From the NCBI GenBank assembly GCA_026396195.1, contig JAPLXH010000007.1, forward strand, positions 35,006 to 99,005: 64,000 nt of DNA, read 5' to 3'. Under the pieces are notes generated by a model. It saw only the letters and a list, made by a program, of their open reading frames with translations, was not told the origin of the DNA and searched no databases. Of this stretch, positions 16,740 through 27,075 are shown in pieces (positions within the stretch are counted from its first letter, which is position 1; the number at the start of each line of letters is the position of its first letter). The position numbers and the translations under genes were made by a program. This DNA is from Candidatus Nealsonbacteria bacterium (GTDB lineage Bacteria > Patescibacteriota > Minisyncoccia > Minisyncoccales > JAGGXC01).

Positions 16740-17681
16740 TTATCTTTTAATTCTAATTAAGCCCGAATAAGGAACAATTTCAATTCCTTTTTTTTCAAGC
16801 TCGTCTAAAAATAAATTCACTCCCAAAGAATCGGAGGAAATGTGACCGGCAATAACAACATTGATATTGGCTGTTTCCGCTTCTTTTTTATGTTCTTCGG
16901 AAATATGCATGCCCACGATTGTTCCTATTCCGGCTTGCGCCATTTTTTCATAAAGTTTCGGGGAACCCTCTGTTCCGCCTGTAATTTCGGTCAAAGCGAT
17001 TTTTCCGCACCTTCTTTCCGGGTCGCCGACAAAAATTTTTGGACCTACTCCAATTTTCATTGCTTCTTTATACTCGGGAATTTCTTTTAACAAATCTATT
17101 AAATCGCCAACTCTTTCCAGTTTTTTTTCGTCAACCAAATCTTTCAATTTTTTAGCGGCTAAATTGTCGCAAACAGTATGCAAACACATTAAGTTAAACT
17201 TTAAAATATTTGCCGTATCCACTGTTCTTTGATGGTTCAGTGCATTGATTCCTCTGGCAACTTCGGAAATTTTTTCCCTCATCAACCCCTCGGCAACGTT
17301 GATGGGAACCCCGTATTGATTTAAAATGTCGCACTGTAGACTCATTACTTCTGACAGGCTGGATAATCCTTTTCCCCGAGGATGATGAGAAATAATCAGG
17401 TCTATCCCGCCGATTTCTTTTGCCAACAAAATCTCCGACGGGTCTATGTCTATTCCCACTAAAACTTTTTTTATTTCTTTGTCTTGAGCTATATTCAAAA
17501 TCCTGGAATCTAAATAAGGATTTTCCAGGCTTTCCAGGTCAAAATCAATTTTTTCCGCTTCGGATAATTTTTCAAATTTTTCTTTTTTTCTGTTTAAAAT
17601 ATCGTTTACCTCCTTTTCTCCCCGAAAATCGCTTTCTTTGCCCATTTTTATCGCTAAATCGTAAATTTCTTTAATTTTCAT
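16740..17681 (-). CDS. Nif3-family dinuclear-metal-centre protein
   Basis: LIISHHP motif and the C-terminal AGHISSDSLG region. Confidence 0.6.
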   Translation of the reverse strand: MKIKEIYDLAIKMGKESDFRGEKEVNDILNRKKEKFEKLSEAEKIDFDLESLENPYLDSRILNIAQDKEIKKVLVGIDIDPSEILLAKEIGGIDLIISHHPRGKGLSSLSEVMSLQCDILNQYGVPINVAEGLMREKISEVARGINALNHQRTVDTANILKFNLMCLHTVCDNLAAKKLKDLVDEKKLERVGDLIDLLKEIPEYKEAMKIGVGPKIFVGDPERRCGKIALTEITGGTEGSPKLYEKMAQAGIGTIVGMHISEEHKKEAETANINVVIAGHISSDSLGVNLFLDELEKKGIEIVPYSGLIRIKR

Positions 17682-17691
17682 ATTTAAAATT

Positions 17692-17868
17692 TTATTTTAT
17701 TTCCGGATTTTTTACAATTTTTTCTTCTTTAATCTTAACAAACTTTTTATAAAGCTCTTCAATCGCTTTTTTTTGTTTTTCCAAATCAAAAAATTCCCTA
17801 TAAATACGGCTTTTTTCCTTGCGAATAAATTTACGAATGCTTCTGGATAGTTTTTCTTTACGCTTCAT
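17692..17868 (-). CDS. Unannotated small basic ORF (58 aa), possibly a real small protein
   Basis: MKRKEKLSRSIRKFIRKEKSRIYREFFDLEKQKKAIEELYKKFVKIKEEKIVKNPEIK; ends 10 nt upstream of the Nif3 start; absent from the ORF track because it is under 60 aa. Confidence 0.25.
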   Translation of the reverse strand: MKRKEKLSRSIRKFIRKEKSRIYREFFDLEKQKKAIEELYKKFVKIKEEKIVKNPEIK

Positions 17869-18017
17869 AATTTTTAATTAAAAAATAACCCATGATGATT
17901 CTTTTTGATTTTAAACTTTTAATTGTTTCTTGTCCAGAAATATTTCTTGTCTCAGTGTTGCGAGGCAATTATATTATATATATTTTCAAAACAATTGTAA
18001 CGAATATTTTGAAACTT

Positions 18018-18042
18018 AAAACCCCGAAAAAATCGGGGTTTT
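18018..18042. terminator. Rho-independent terminator (perfect hairpin AAAACCCCGA-AAAAA-TCGGGGTTTT)
   Basis: Lies immediately downstream of the murE stop. Confidence 0.6.
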
Positions 18043-18108
18043 AATAAAAATAAAAAATTGTTTTTTATAAACCCAGCACTTCGATAATCTCAGCATTAAC
18101 CTTTGGGT

Positions 18109-19392
18109 TTAACGAAGGGTTAATTTTTTAAACTCTTCCCTGGCAATTTCTCTGTCATCCCAAGGTATTTTTTTTGCTCCAGCCACGCACATCCAAGGTT
18201 CCGAGCCCTTGCCGGTGATTATTACTGTGTCTCCCTTTTTCGCCAGCGCTAGGGCCTGTTTTATCGCTTCCCGACGGTCCAAAATCTCCGTAAGGCCGAT
18301 TGATTGGTTTTGAATACCAGAAGCAATTTCTTTAATAATCTGGACTGGGTTATCATCGTAAGGATCTTCGTTGGTTAAAATAATTTGATTGCAAAATTGG
18401 GAAGCAATTTCTCCCATTTTAGGTCTTTTCCATTTATCCCTGCCGCCACCGCAAGAACCCAAAACGCAAATTTTTAAAGAATCCTTGGGCAAGGCTGAAT
18501 AAGCCTTAGAAAGCGCGTCCGGGGTGTGAGCATAATCAACAAACACCTTGAAGGGAGAGCTGATCACTTCCTCCATTCGGCCGGAAACAACTTCTATTTT
18601 TTCTAAAGCCCTCTTGCAGGTTTTCAAATCAATTCCTTGAGACAAAGCCGAAGCAATTGCCGAGAGGGAATTATAAATATTAAAAACACCCCTTAGTTTT
18701 AAATTAAAAGTTGTGTCAGCCAATACGAATTTAAGCCCTTGGTCTGTTGCCTCTGTTTTTATCGCTTTCAAAAAATTAGAAACTTTATCGGTTGGCTCAC
18801 TATTTAATCCGTATCCTATTTTTCTGTCCGCTTCAAACTTTAAAAAATAATCGGCGTTAGGGTCGTCCAGATTAATAATTGATGTTGTTTTTGACTTTTT
18901 GCTTCCCCTTAATGATTTAAATAATTTTCCCTTGGCTTCTCTGTATTTTTCAAAGGAACCGTGGGTTTCAATGTGCTCGGGAGTTAAATTGGTAAAAATA
19001 GCAGCATCAAAATCTATAAATTTGTGACGGGACTGTAAAAGCCCCTCTGAGCTAACCTCTACCACGACATATTGGCAACCCTGATTTAAGGCCTGCCTTA
19101 AAAATTTTTGCAACTTAAAACGACCGGGCATTGTCATTTTAAGAGTATTAAGCCATTCCCTATCTTTTATTTTAAATTTAATAGTGGAAACCGATCCCAC
19201 GCTAAAACCGGCTTCTTCTAAAATTTTACTTATTAAATAAACCACGGTAGACTTGCCATTGGTGCCGGTCACGCCAATTATTTTCATTTTTCGGGAAGGG
19301 AAAAAATATAAAACAGCTCCCAAAAACGCCAACCCGAAATGATAAAAGTTTATTAAAAAGTTAGGGGCTATTTTTCTTATTATTTTTTTCAT
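18109..19392 (-). CDS. murE: Mur ligase (UDP-N-acetylmuramoyl-tripeptide synthetase MurE-like)
   Basis: IGVTGTNGKST P-loop; DYAHTPDAL motif. Confidence 0.8.
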   Translation of the reverse strand: MKKIIRKIAPNFLINFYHFGLAFLGAVLYFFPSRKMKIIGVTGTNGKSTVVYLISKILEEAGFSVGSVSTIKFKIKDREWLNTLKMTMPGRFKLQKFLRQALNQGCQYVVVEVSSEGLLQSRHKFIDFDAAIFTNLTPEHIETHGSFEKYREAKGKLFKSLRGSKKSKTTSIINLDDPNADYFLKFEADRKIGYGLNSEPTDKVSNFLKAIKTEATDQGLKFVLADTTFNLKLRGVFNIYNSLSAIASALSQGIDLKTCKRALEKIEVVSGRMEEVISSPFKVFVDYAHTPDALSKAYSALPKDSLKICVLGSCGGGRDKWKRPKMGEIASQFCNQIILTNEDPYDDNPVQIIKEIASGIQNQSIGLTEILDRREAIKQALALAKKGDTVIITGKGSEPWMCVAGAKKIPWDDREIAREEFKKLTLR

Positions 19393-19437
19393 ATAAAATT
19401 CATAAACAAAGCCTTTTTCGCTTTAAATTATATTAAC

Positions 19438-21384
19438 ATGTTTAAATTAGTTTCAAAATTCAAGCCTACCGGAGATCAACCCAAGGCAATAAAAAGCTTG
19501 GTTAAAAATTTAAAAAAAGGAGAAAAGCATCAAATCTTATTAGGAGTTACCGGAAGCGGTAAAACCTTTACTTTGGCTAACTTAATTGAAAAAATCCAAA
19601 AGCCAACCTTGATTATCAGCCATAACAAAACCTTGGCCGCCCAGCTTTACCAAGAATTTAAAGATTTTTTCCCGGAAGCCGGGGTGCATTATTTTGTTTC
19701 TTATTACGACTATTATCAACCGGAGGCTTATCTGCCCCAAACCGACACTTATATTGAGAAAGACGCAAAAATCAACGAAGAGCTTGACAGATTAAGGCAT
19801 GCCGCCACCCAGGATTTGCTGATCAGAAAAGACATAATCATAGTGGCTTCGGTTTCTTGTATTTATAACATCGGCTCTCCGGAAAATTACCAAAAAATAT
19901 CTTTGGAAATAAAGCCCGGCCAAAAAATAAGCCGAAAAGAATTTATCCGCCATTTAACTTCCCTGCAATACCAGAGAAACGATATTGATTTTAAGCCCGG
20001 AAGTTTCAGAGCGAGAGGGGATATGGTTGATATTTCTTTGGTTACCGGAAAAGAAATTTTAAGAATTGAATTTTTAAATGATAAGATTCGCAAGATTTAC
20101 TTGTCTAAAAACTCCTTATCGCCTCAATTTAAGCCTTGCGGCCAAAAAATCAAAATTTTCCCGGCTCATTTTTGGTTGGGGCCTCAAAATAAGTTAAAAA
20201 TATCTTTGGAAAACATAAAGCTGGAACTTCAAGAACAATTAAAAAAATTCAAAAGACAAAAAAAACCGACGGAAGCCCGGAGATTAGAAAGTAAAACAAA
20301 TTATGACTTGGAAATGCTCGAAGAAACGGGTTTTTGCCATGGAATAGAAAACTACTCCAGGCATTTGGAGTTTAGAAAGCCAAAAGAACCGCCTTACGCC
20401 CTGATTGATTATTTCCCCAAGGATTTTTTAATTTTCATTGATGAATCCCATATGACCCTGCCTCAAATTCAAGCAATGGCCAACCAAGACAAGGCTCGTA
20501 AAAAAACGCTTATTAATTACGGTTTCAGATTGCCTTCGGCTCTGGACAACCGGCCATTGACTTTTGAAGAATTTGAAAAGAAAATCAACCAAGTTGTTTA
20601 TGTTTCAGCGACTCCCGGTCACTTTGAAAAAAACAAAACAAATAAAAAAAACATTATTAAGCAGTTGATAAGGCCCACGGGGCTTTTAGAACCATCGATT
20701 GAGATAAGGCCGACTAAAAATCAAGTCAAGGATTTAATCGGAGAAATCAGAAAAAAAATTGAAAAAAAACAAAGAGTTTTAGTTTTAACTTTGACTAAAA
20801 GGTTAGCGGAGGCCTTGTCCGACCATTTAACTGAGGAAAAAATTAAAACTCAGTGGCTCCACGCTGAAATAAAAACTTTGGAAAGGCCCCAGATTTTAAA
20901 AGACTTCAGGGAAGGAAAATACGACGTTTTGGTGGGCATTAATCTTTTAAGGGAGGGCCTGGACCTGCCGGAAGTGGCGATGGTTGCAATTTTAGACGCC
21001 GACAAGGAGGGTTTCTTAAGGACGGAAACAACCTTAATCCAAACCATGGGCCGGGCGGCCCGGCATCCGGAAGGCCATGTAATTTTATATGCCGATAAAA
21101 TTACCCTATCAATGAAAAACGCCATAAAAGAAATAAACAAAAGAAGAAAAATTCAAGAAAAATATAACAAAGTAAATAATATTTCCCCCAAGGCAATTAT
21201 AAAGGAAATAAAAAATTGGCCATTTGCCGCAAAAAAAGATGTTTTTAAGCTGGAATTTGGCGCGATAAAAGACATTAAATTTCTGGGAAAAGAAATGGAT
21301 AGGGCGGCAAAAGAATTAGACTTTGAAAAAGCGGTTCAAATAAGAGATTTAATAAATAAAATCAAAAAACAGGGCTTTAATTAA
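19438..21384 (+). CDS. uvrB: Excinuclease ABC subunit B
   Basis: LLGVTGSGKTF, the beta-hairpin region, helicase motifs and the C-terminal UVR domain. Confidence 0.95.
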   Translation: MFKLVSKFKPTGDQPKAIKSLVKNLKKGEKHQILLGVTGSGKTFTLANLIEKIQKPTLIISHNKTLAAQLYQEFKDFFPEAGVHYFVSYYDYYQPEAYLPQTDTYIEKDAKINEELDRLRHAATQDLLIRKDIIIVASVSCIYNIGSPENYQKISLEIKPGQKISRKEFIRHLTSLQYQRNDIDFKPGSFRARGDMVDISLVTGKEILRIEFLNDKIRKIYLSKNSLSPQFKPCGQKIKIFPAHFWLGPQNKLKISLENIKLELQEQLKKFKRQKKPTEARRLESKTNYDLEMLEETGFCHGIENYSRHLEFRKPKEPPYALIDYFPKDFLIFIDESHMTLPQIQAMANQDKARKKTLINYGFRLPSALDNRPLTFEEFEKKINQVVYVSATPGHFEKNKTNKKNIIKQLIRPTGLLEPSIEIRPTKNQVKDLIGEIRKKIEKKQRVLVLTLTKRLAEALSDHLTEEKIKTQWLHAEIKTLERPQILKDFREGKYDVLVGINLLREGLDLPEVAMVAILDADKEGFLRTETTLIQTMGRAARHPEGHVILYADKITLSMKNAIKEINKRRKIQEKYNKVNNISPKAIIKEIKNWPFAAKKDVFKLEFGAIKDIKFLGKEMDRAAKELDFEKAVQIRDLINKIKKQGFN

Positions 21385-21442
21385 AAGCTATTGCAAAAAT
21401 TTTAAAATTTGCTATCCTGATTAGAGTTTAAAAAATAAAAAT

Positions 21443-21718
21443 ATGCCAATAACCAATTCGGCAAAAAAAGCCTTAAGGCAGAACTTAAAAAGGAGAAAAA
21501 TAAATTCGGTAAAAAAAAGAAAAATAAAAGACTTTATTAAAGAGGCGAGAACTTTAGTTTCTCAAAATAAAACCGATGAAGCTAAGAAGCTTTTGCCTAA
21601 AATTTACAAAATCTTAGATAAAACGGCAAAATCCGGTTTAATTAAAAAAAATGCGGCTTCCCGAAAAAAATCAAGGATTACCGCCTTGATCAACAGAAAA
21701 CAAACTAAGCAAAATTAA
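21443..21718 (+). CDS. rpsT: 30S ribosomal protein S20
   Basis: PITNSAKKALRQNLKRRKINSVKKRKIKDFIK...; upstream TTGCAA-N16-TATCCT promoter-like sequence. Confidence 0.85.
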   Translation: MPITNSAKKALRQNLKRRKINSVKKRKIKDFIKEARTLVSQNKTDEAKKLLPKIYKILDKTAKSGLIKKNAASRKKSRITALINRKQTKQN

Positions 21719-22653
21719 ATTTCACCGATTAAAATGTCTATCGCCAAAACCGGTCCAATCTTGCCGGTTTTTATTTTAAGGTCTAATTGAAAAATTTTCC
21801 TGTAAATCTTTTTTAATTGTTCCAAATTAAACCGCTCGGACAATTGACAGCTTTTTTTCAGAACAAAAGGATGCATTTTTAACCGGGAAAACCCCATTCT
21901 TCTTTCAACTAAATCCTTAACCATCAAAAGATTGGAAAATTGAAATTTAATCATTGAAAAAATATAAAAAGGAGAGTCTCCTTTTTCCAAATGATAATGC
22001 AGGAGAGCTAATGCTCTTTTTTTGTTTTTATAAGAGATAGCGTCGATGGTTTCAAAAATAACCGGTTCAATTTTGGACGTCACCAAAAGGTCGAAGTCTT
22101 TTTTGGTGACTCTTTTTTCCGATTTTTTAATTTCAAAAAGGGCAAGTTTTTTGATTTCATTGGAAAGTTGCCACAGATTGTTGCCGATAAAGACAACCAA
22201 GCTTTCCAAGACGTCAGAATCAACCTCTGTTTTGTATTTTTTAAACTCTTCTTTTATCCAACCCCTGAGCTCTTGACCAACCAATAAATTAAACTCCTGA
22301 AAATCGCCGTATTTTTTTAAAAAATTGAATAAAGACTTTTTTGTTTTATTTTTTTCTTCTTCGCAAAATAAAATTAAATCTTCTTTTTGCTGTAAATCTT
22401 TTTTGTTTTTTAAAAAACTTAAAATTTCTTCTTCAATCCCGGAATCAGAAAAAAAATTTGTTAAAACCGCTATTTTCTTGTCTCTAAACATTGAAACCAT
22501 ATTAAATTCATCCTTAAATTTTTCAAAATCTGAACAGCAATCAAAATAATTCAAAATTACCCTGTTTTTGTGGAGCTTTTTATATTCTTCAATTATGTCT
22601 TTTAATTTTTGACCGGACCTGTAAGTGTCTTTTCCGTAAAGAAATTTAATCAT
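21715..22653 (-). CDS. holA: DNA polymerase III delta subunit
   Basis: MIKFLYGKDTYRSGQ (YLLYGED-like) start and the C-terminal LDLKIKTGKIGPVLAIDILI. The ATG overlaps the mutM stop in an ATGA arrangement. Confidence 0.65.
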   Translation of the reverse strand: MIKFLYGKDTYRSGQKLKDIIEEYKKLHKNRVILNYFDCCSDFEKFKDEFNMVSMFRDKKIAVLTNFFSDSGIEEEILSFLKNKKDLQQKEDLILFCEEEKNKTKKSLFNFLKKYGDFQEFNLLVGQELRGWIKEEFKKYKTEVDSDVLESLVVFIGNNLWQLSNEIKKLALFEIKKSEKRVTKKDFDLLVTSKIEPVIFETIDAISYKNKKRALALLHYHLEKGDSPFYIFSMIKFQFSNLLMVKDLVERRMGFSRLKMHPFVLKKSCQLSERFNLEQLKKIYRKIFQLDLKIKTGKIGPVLAIDILIGEI

Positions 22654-23555
22654 AATTTTTGACAATTGGGGCAAAAATGAGCCGACCTTCCTCCTATTTT
22701 TTTTCTTAAAATTAACGACTTGCAACAAGAACATTTTTCTCCTTCCCTTTGATAAACCCTGCGATAATCATCGAAAAAACCTTTTTTTCCTTCAATTGTC
22801 CGCCAATCGCTGAAACTTTCTCCCTTCAATTCAATCCCTTTTTCTAAAATTTTAATGATATTTTGGTAAATTCTTTCAAGCTCTTTTTCTTTCAAGCTTG
22901 GAATTAACCTAAAAGGGTGGATTTTCGCCTGGAATAAAATTTCATCCGAATAAATATTGCCTATGCCGGCAATGACATTGGGGTCCATCAAAACTTGCTT
23001 AACCTTGCCCCGCCTTTGGCGAGGCTCGCCTTTGGCGGTTTTTTTATTTTTTAAAATTTCTTTAAATTTTTCAAAGGTAAAGCTTTTTTCTAAAGGTTCC
23101 GGCCCTAAGCTTTTGAATTCTTGTAAATTGAAAAGCTCGTCGGCCCCCCATAACTCTATTCTGGCAAATTTTCTCAGATCAGACAAAGCCAGCATTTCTC
23201 CATTATCTAATTTAAACAATAAATGGATATAGCTATTTATTTTTTCTGAAAGAAAATCTTTTTTAAAGCTCTTCCAGCCGGTTTTTTGTTTCTGCCACTT
23301 GCCCAACAAAAGATGGCCGGTAAGTTTTTGATGAATTAATAAAATTTTATCATCGGAAAGCTCAAAAAGAATGAATTTTGCCCTCCTTTTTACATTTAAT
23401 ATTTTTTTATTAATTATTTCTTTTTTAAATTCCGGGAAGCTCTTGGGGTTTTTTATCATCTTTTCAAAATCCGTCCAAACATCAATAAAGGTCCTGGATA
23501 GGACCTTTTTTCTTAAATCTCTTACTGTTGTTTCTACTTCCGGAAGTTCGGGCAT
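22650..23555 (-). CDS. mutM: Formamidopyrimidine-DNA glycosylase
   Basis: MPELPEVETT N-terminus, H2TH region, C-terminal CPNCQ zinc finger. Confidence 0.9.
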   Translation of the reverse strand: MPELPEVETTVRDLRKKVLSRTFIDVWTDFEKMIKNPKSFPEFKKEIINKKILNVKRRAKFILFELSDDKILLIHQKLTGHLLLGKWQKQKTGWKSFKKDFLSEKINSYIHLLFKLDNGEMLALSDLRKFARIELWGADELFNLQEFKSLGPEPLEKSFTFEKFKEILKNKKTAKGEPRQRRGKVKQVLMDPNVIAGIGNIYSDEILFQAKIHPFRLIPSLKEKELERIYQNIIKILEKGIELKGESFSDWRTIEGKKGFFDDYRRVYQREGEKCSCCKSLILRKKIGGRSAHFCPNCQKL

Positions 23556-23557
23556 TT

Positions 23558-23935
23558 TTATCCTAAAATATTTTTGATTTTTTCTATAACTTCACCGGGA
23601 GTAAAGTGAGCTTTAATTAAATAATCTTTAGCCCCTAATTGCAATCCTCTTTCAATATCGTCTTTCTGGCCCAAATTAGACAAAACAATAATCGGAATCC
23701 CAGACAAAGTCGGGTCTTCTTTTACTTTAGTCAAAACTTCAAAACCGTCTATCCCGGGCAAAATAAGATCCAGTAAAACTAAATCTGGTTTTACTTCTTT
23801 TATTTTTATAATTCCTTCTTCGCCGTCAACGGCTTCTGCAGTATCAAATCCTTCTCTTATAAGTTTTTGGTTCATCAAGTCTCTTAAAAACTTGTCGTCT
23901 TCTACTATTAAAATTGTTTTTTTGCTTTCGGCCAT
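23558..23935 (-). CDS. Stand-alone response-regulator receiver domain (CheY-like)
   Basis: ILIVEDD, LVLLDLILPGIDGFEVL, conserved Lys; no output domain. Confidence 0.8.
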   Translation of the reverse strand: MAESKKTILIVEDDKFLRDLMNQKLIREGFDTAEAVDGEEGIIKIKEVKPDLVLLDLILPGIDGFEVLTKVKEDPTLSGIPIIVLSNLGQKDDIERGLQLGAKDYLIKAHFTPGEVIEKIKNILG

Positions 23936-23959
23936 ATTTTAAAAATTTTATTTTTAAAA

Positions 23960-24325
23960 CTAACCAATTATTTTTTTAACCTTTTTTATTACTTCTTGGG
24001 GGTCAAATTCGGTTTTTATCAACCAGTCTTTAGCTCCCAGGTATTTGGCGCGGTCAATCTCAACCGGTTGGCCGGAATTTGAAACAACAATCACCGGAAT
24101 TGATTTTAATTTTTTATCCTTATTTTTTTCCTCCATAACCCTGAAACCATCCATTTTAGGCATCACGATATCCAATAAAATAAGGTCGGGAACGACTTCT
24201 TTTATTTTACTTACTCCTTCTTTTCCGTCTTTAGCGATATAAACCTCATATCCTTCTTTTTCCAGTTTTTTTTGCAGTAAATTAAGGATTATTTCTTCGT
24301 CCTCTATGATTAAAATTTTTTTCAT
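23960..24325 (-). CDS. Stand-alone response-regulator receiver domain (CheY-like)
   Basis: ILIIEDEE...LILLDIVMPKMDGF; no output domain. Confidence 0.8.
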   Translation of the reverse strand: MKKILIIEDEEIILNLLQKKLEKEGYEVYIAKDGKEGVSKIKEVVPDLILLDIVMPKMDGFRVMEEKNKDKKLKSIPVIVVSNSGQPVEIDRAKYLGAKDWLIKTEFDPQEVIKKVKKIIG

Positions 24326-24402
24326 TGCTTTTTATTGTTTGTTCCTTTTATTTTACTCTCATCGGGAAAGATTGCAATATTATTTTCCACATTGTTTCAC
24401 AA

Positions 24403-25611
24403 TCAAACTGATTCCTCTTTATGGTCGGACGGCTCCTCGGAAACAGGGAGGGTAAAATAAAAAGTTGAGCCTTTTCCGACCTCAGATTCAAACCAAGCTC
24501 GCCCCCCATGAGCTTCTATGATATTTTTGGTGATAAAAAGACCCAGGCCGGAACCGTCGGTTTCCATCCTGACTGCGTTTTCTGACCTGAAAAATTTTGT
24601 AAATAATCGCTTTTTGTCTCTATCCGGAATCCCAATACCCGAGTCTTTTATGGAAAATTCTATTTCTTTGTTTTTGCTTATAAAATTTAAACAAATTTTT
24701 ACCTCGCCCTTGGAAGGAGTATATTTTACGGCATTGTCTAAAAAATTCGTAATCACTAAATTTATTTTTTCAACGTCAATTTTAACCTTCGGCAATAATT
24801 TTTCTGATTTTTCGAAAACAAGCTTAATTTTTCTTCGCTCAAGCTCACTTTTATAAGAGTTAATGACCGACTGAGTTAAATCATCCAATTGCACAAAAGC
24901 AGGGCGATAAAGATACTTTCCCTCCTCAATCCTGCTGACGTTCAACAGGTCATTGATAAGATGAATCATTCTTTCATTGGAAACATAAGTTTTTTGCAAA
25001 TATTCTTTTTGGTCTTTGCTAATTTTTCCCAAATCTCCATCCAATATCATCTTTAATGTCCATTTAATGGCCGAAAGCGGCGTTCTTAATTGATGAGCAG
25101 TTAAAGAAACGAATTCGCTTTTTATCCTTTCTATTTCTTTTTCCCTTGTAATGTCGTGCAAAATCACCAAATTGCCAAAAATTTCTTTGCCTCTTTTTAT
25201 GTGGATAATTGAAACTTCCAAAATCAGAATTTCTTTCACCTTAAGCTCCTTTCTAAAAATCTCTTTGGCTTCCGGAATAAAAAAATCAATCAAACCCTTA
25301 AGTCTCGGGAACTCCGCAAGCCGTAAAAGTGATTTTCCAATTACCTCGGGGGCTTTCACTTCAAAAAAATCCTCAGCACTCGGATTAATTAAAATTAAAT
25401 CTTGCTGTTCGTCGAAAGCCAAAAGACCATCGGAAAAATTGGTAATAATGGCCAAGGTCTTATTTTTTTCTTCCACCGCTCTAATGCGGGCATCTTCAAC
25501 ATCTTCCAAGATGTTCAATAAGGCTTCGTGGACCATTTTTTCGTCCAAGATCTGGCTTTCCTTTAAATCAACCTCTCCTGTTTTTATTTTTTTATCGTTT
25601 TCCATTATCAT
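24403..25611 (-). CDS. PAS-domain sensor histidine kinase
   Basis: H-box LTAHQLRTPLSAIKW; N, G1 (IKDSGIGIP) and G2 (GSGLGL) boxes. Confidence 0.8.
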   Translation of the reverse strand: MIMENDKKIKTGEVDLKESQILDEKMVHEALLNILEDVEDARIRAVEEKNKTLAIITNFSDGLLAFDEQQDLILINPSAEDFFEVKAPEVIGKSLLRLAEFPRLKGLIDFFIPEAKEIFRKELKVKEILILEVSIIHIKRGKEIFGNLVILHDITREKEIERIKSEFVSLTAHQLRTPLSAIKWTLKMILDGDLGKISKDQKEYLQKTYVSNERMIHLINDLLNVSRIEEGKYLYRPAFVQLDDLTQSVINSYKSELERRKIKLVFEKSEKLLPKVKIDVEKINLVITNFLDNAVKYTPSKGEVKICLNFISKNKEIEFSIKDSGIGIPDRDKKRLFTKFFRSENAVRMETDGSGLGLFITKNIIEAHGGRAWFESEVGKGSTFYFTLPVSEEPSDHKEESV

Positions 25612-25657
25612 TGCCTTATTTTAATAATTGTTTTTTATTCATTAATTTTAACATATT

Positions 25658-26578
25658 CTATCTTTCTTCAAAAACCTTAAACTCGCCGAGCCTGTCTATT
25701 AAACTATAGAATTCCATTTCCTGAAAAATTTTTATTATTTTTTCTTTTTCGTACTTGCCGAAACGACAAACATCCAAGTCGAATTCGATGGGAACATCGC
25801 ATTTCGCCTGAATTAACTTTTTACTCAGGAAAGCGTCTTCTTTGTGTTTGAATAAAGCTTCTTTTGTTTTAGAAGAAATTAATTTTGATTTTTCGGTGCT
25901 TAATTCTAGTTCTCCGTAAAGATTGTCCAAGCTATCGAATTCTTTTATTAATTTAATGCCGTTTTTTTCTCCTATTCCCCTGACTCCCGGGATGTTGTCG
26001 GAAGGGTCTCCTCTTAATCCTTTAAAATCGGGCAATTGTTCCGGAGTTAATCCGCCGTATTTTTCTTTAACTTTTTCGAAATCATATAAAATCGTATTTT
26101 TAATGCCTTTTTTTAAGCTGTAAACTTTCGTGTTTTCATTGACTAATTGAAAAATATCGGCATCTCCGCTTAAAATAATGGTTTCGATCTCGGGAATTAC
26201 TTGTTTCTTGGGAGCTAATTTGGCTATAGTGGCAATTATATCGTCCGCTTCAAATCCTTGTTTTTCAAAAATAACTATATTAAAAGCTTTAAGAATCTCT
26301 TTAATCCTGGGAATTTGGCCGGAAAGTTCATCCGGCATTTTAGGTCTTTTTGCTTTGTAGGGCTTAAATTCCAGGTGGCGGAAAGTAACGCCGGGCAAAT
26401 CAAAAGTGGCTGCTACAAAATCCGGCTGAAATTCTTTTAATGCTTTTAAAAAAACCAGTAAAAACCCGTAAACCGCCCCCAACGGCTCTCCTTTTTTATT
26501 GGTTAGGGGAGGCAGGGCATGAAAAGCCCTGTGAATTACAGAGTTGCTATCAATAATAATTAAACGTTTTTTATCCAT
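25658..26578 (-). CDS. 5'-3' exonuclease / flap endonuclease (Pol I N-terminal-domain family)
   Basis: LIIIDSNSVIHRAFHALPPL, GIGEKNGIKLI helix-hairpin-helix. Confidence 0.8.
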   Translation of the reverse strand: MDKKRLIIIDSNSVIHRAFHALPPLTNKKGEPLGAVYGFLLVFLKALKEFQPDFVAATFDLPGVTFRHLEFKPYKAKRPKMPDELSGQIPRIKEILKAFNIVIFEKQGFEADDIIATIAKLAPKKQVIPEIETIILSGDADIFQLVNENTKVYSLKKGIKNTILYDFEKVKEKYGGLTPEQLPDFKGLRGDPSDNIPGVRGIGEKNGIKLIKEFDSLDNLYGELELSTEKSKLISSKTKEALFKHKEDAFLSKKLIQAKCDVPIEFDLDVCRFGKYEKEKIIKIFQEMEFYSLIDRLGEFKVFEER

Positions 26579-27009
26579 ATTTTTCTGTTTTTTTTGTTTA
26601 AAAAATTAAATTTTAATAAGGTTTTGTTGGTTGGCAAAATCCCTCTGATTCTTTCCGCCCATTCAATGGCTATAATATTTTGGGGGTCGGAAACAATTTC
26701 GTTGAATCCGAGCTCTGATATTTCTTTCGGGCCTTTTATCCGATAGCAATCAAAATGATAAAAATTTTTAAATTTTTTATTTTTAGGAATTTCAAATTTT
26801 TTCATCAAAACAAAGGTTGGGCTTAAAATTTTATCTTTTATTCCCAGTCCCTTGGCAAAGCCCTGCAAAAAAGTGGTCTTGCCTCCGCCCAAATCTCCCT
26901 CTAATGCTAAAACCTTGGCTTTTTTATCATTTTTGTCCTTTAAAATTTTTTTAGCCAAGTTTTTTCCTTTTTCTTTTGTTTCAAGCGGGCTATGACTTTT
27001 TATTTCCAT
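26560..27009 (-). CDS. tsaE: tRNA threonylcarbamoyladenosine biosynthesis protein TsaE
   Basis: VLALEGDLGGGKTTFLQGFAKGLG. Confidence 0.8.
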   Translation of the reverse strand: MEIKSHSPLETKEKGKNLAKKILKDKNDKKAKVLALEGDLGGGKTTFLQGFAKGLGIKDKILSPTFVLMKKFEIPKNKKFKNFYHFDCYRIKGPKEISELGFNEIVSDPQNIIAIEWAERIRGILPTNKTLLKFNFLNKKNRKIWIKNV

Positions 27010-27075
27010 GTTTCCACAATTGACTATTTCCTTTAATTGATATAAATTAAATTAATTTTATTTATTCATTTTACA

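Noticed and set aside
16305-17674. + strand ORFs 16305..16658, 16842..17090, 17420..17674
   Set aside because: Antisense to metK and the Nif3-family gene; no motifs.
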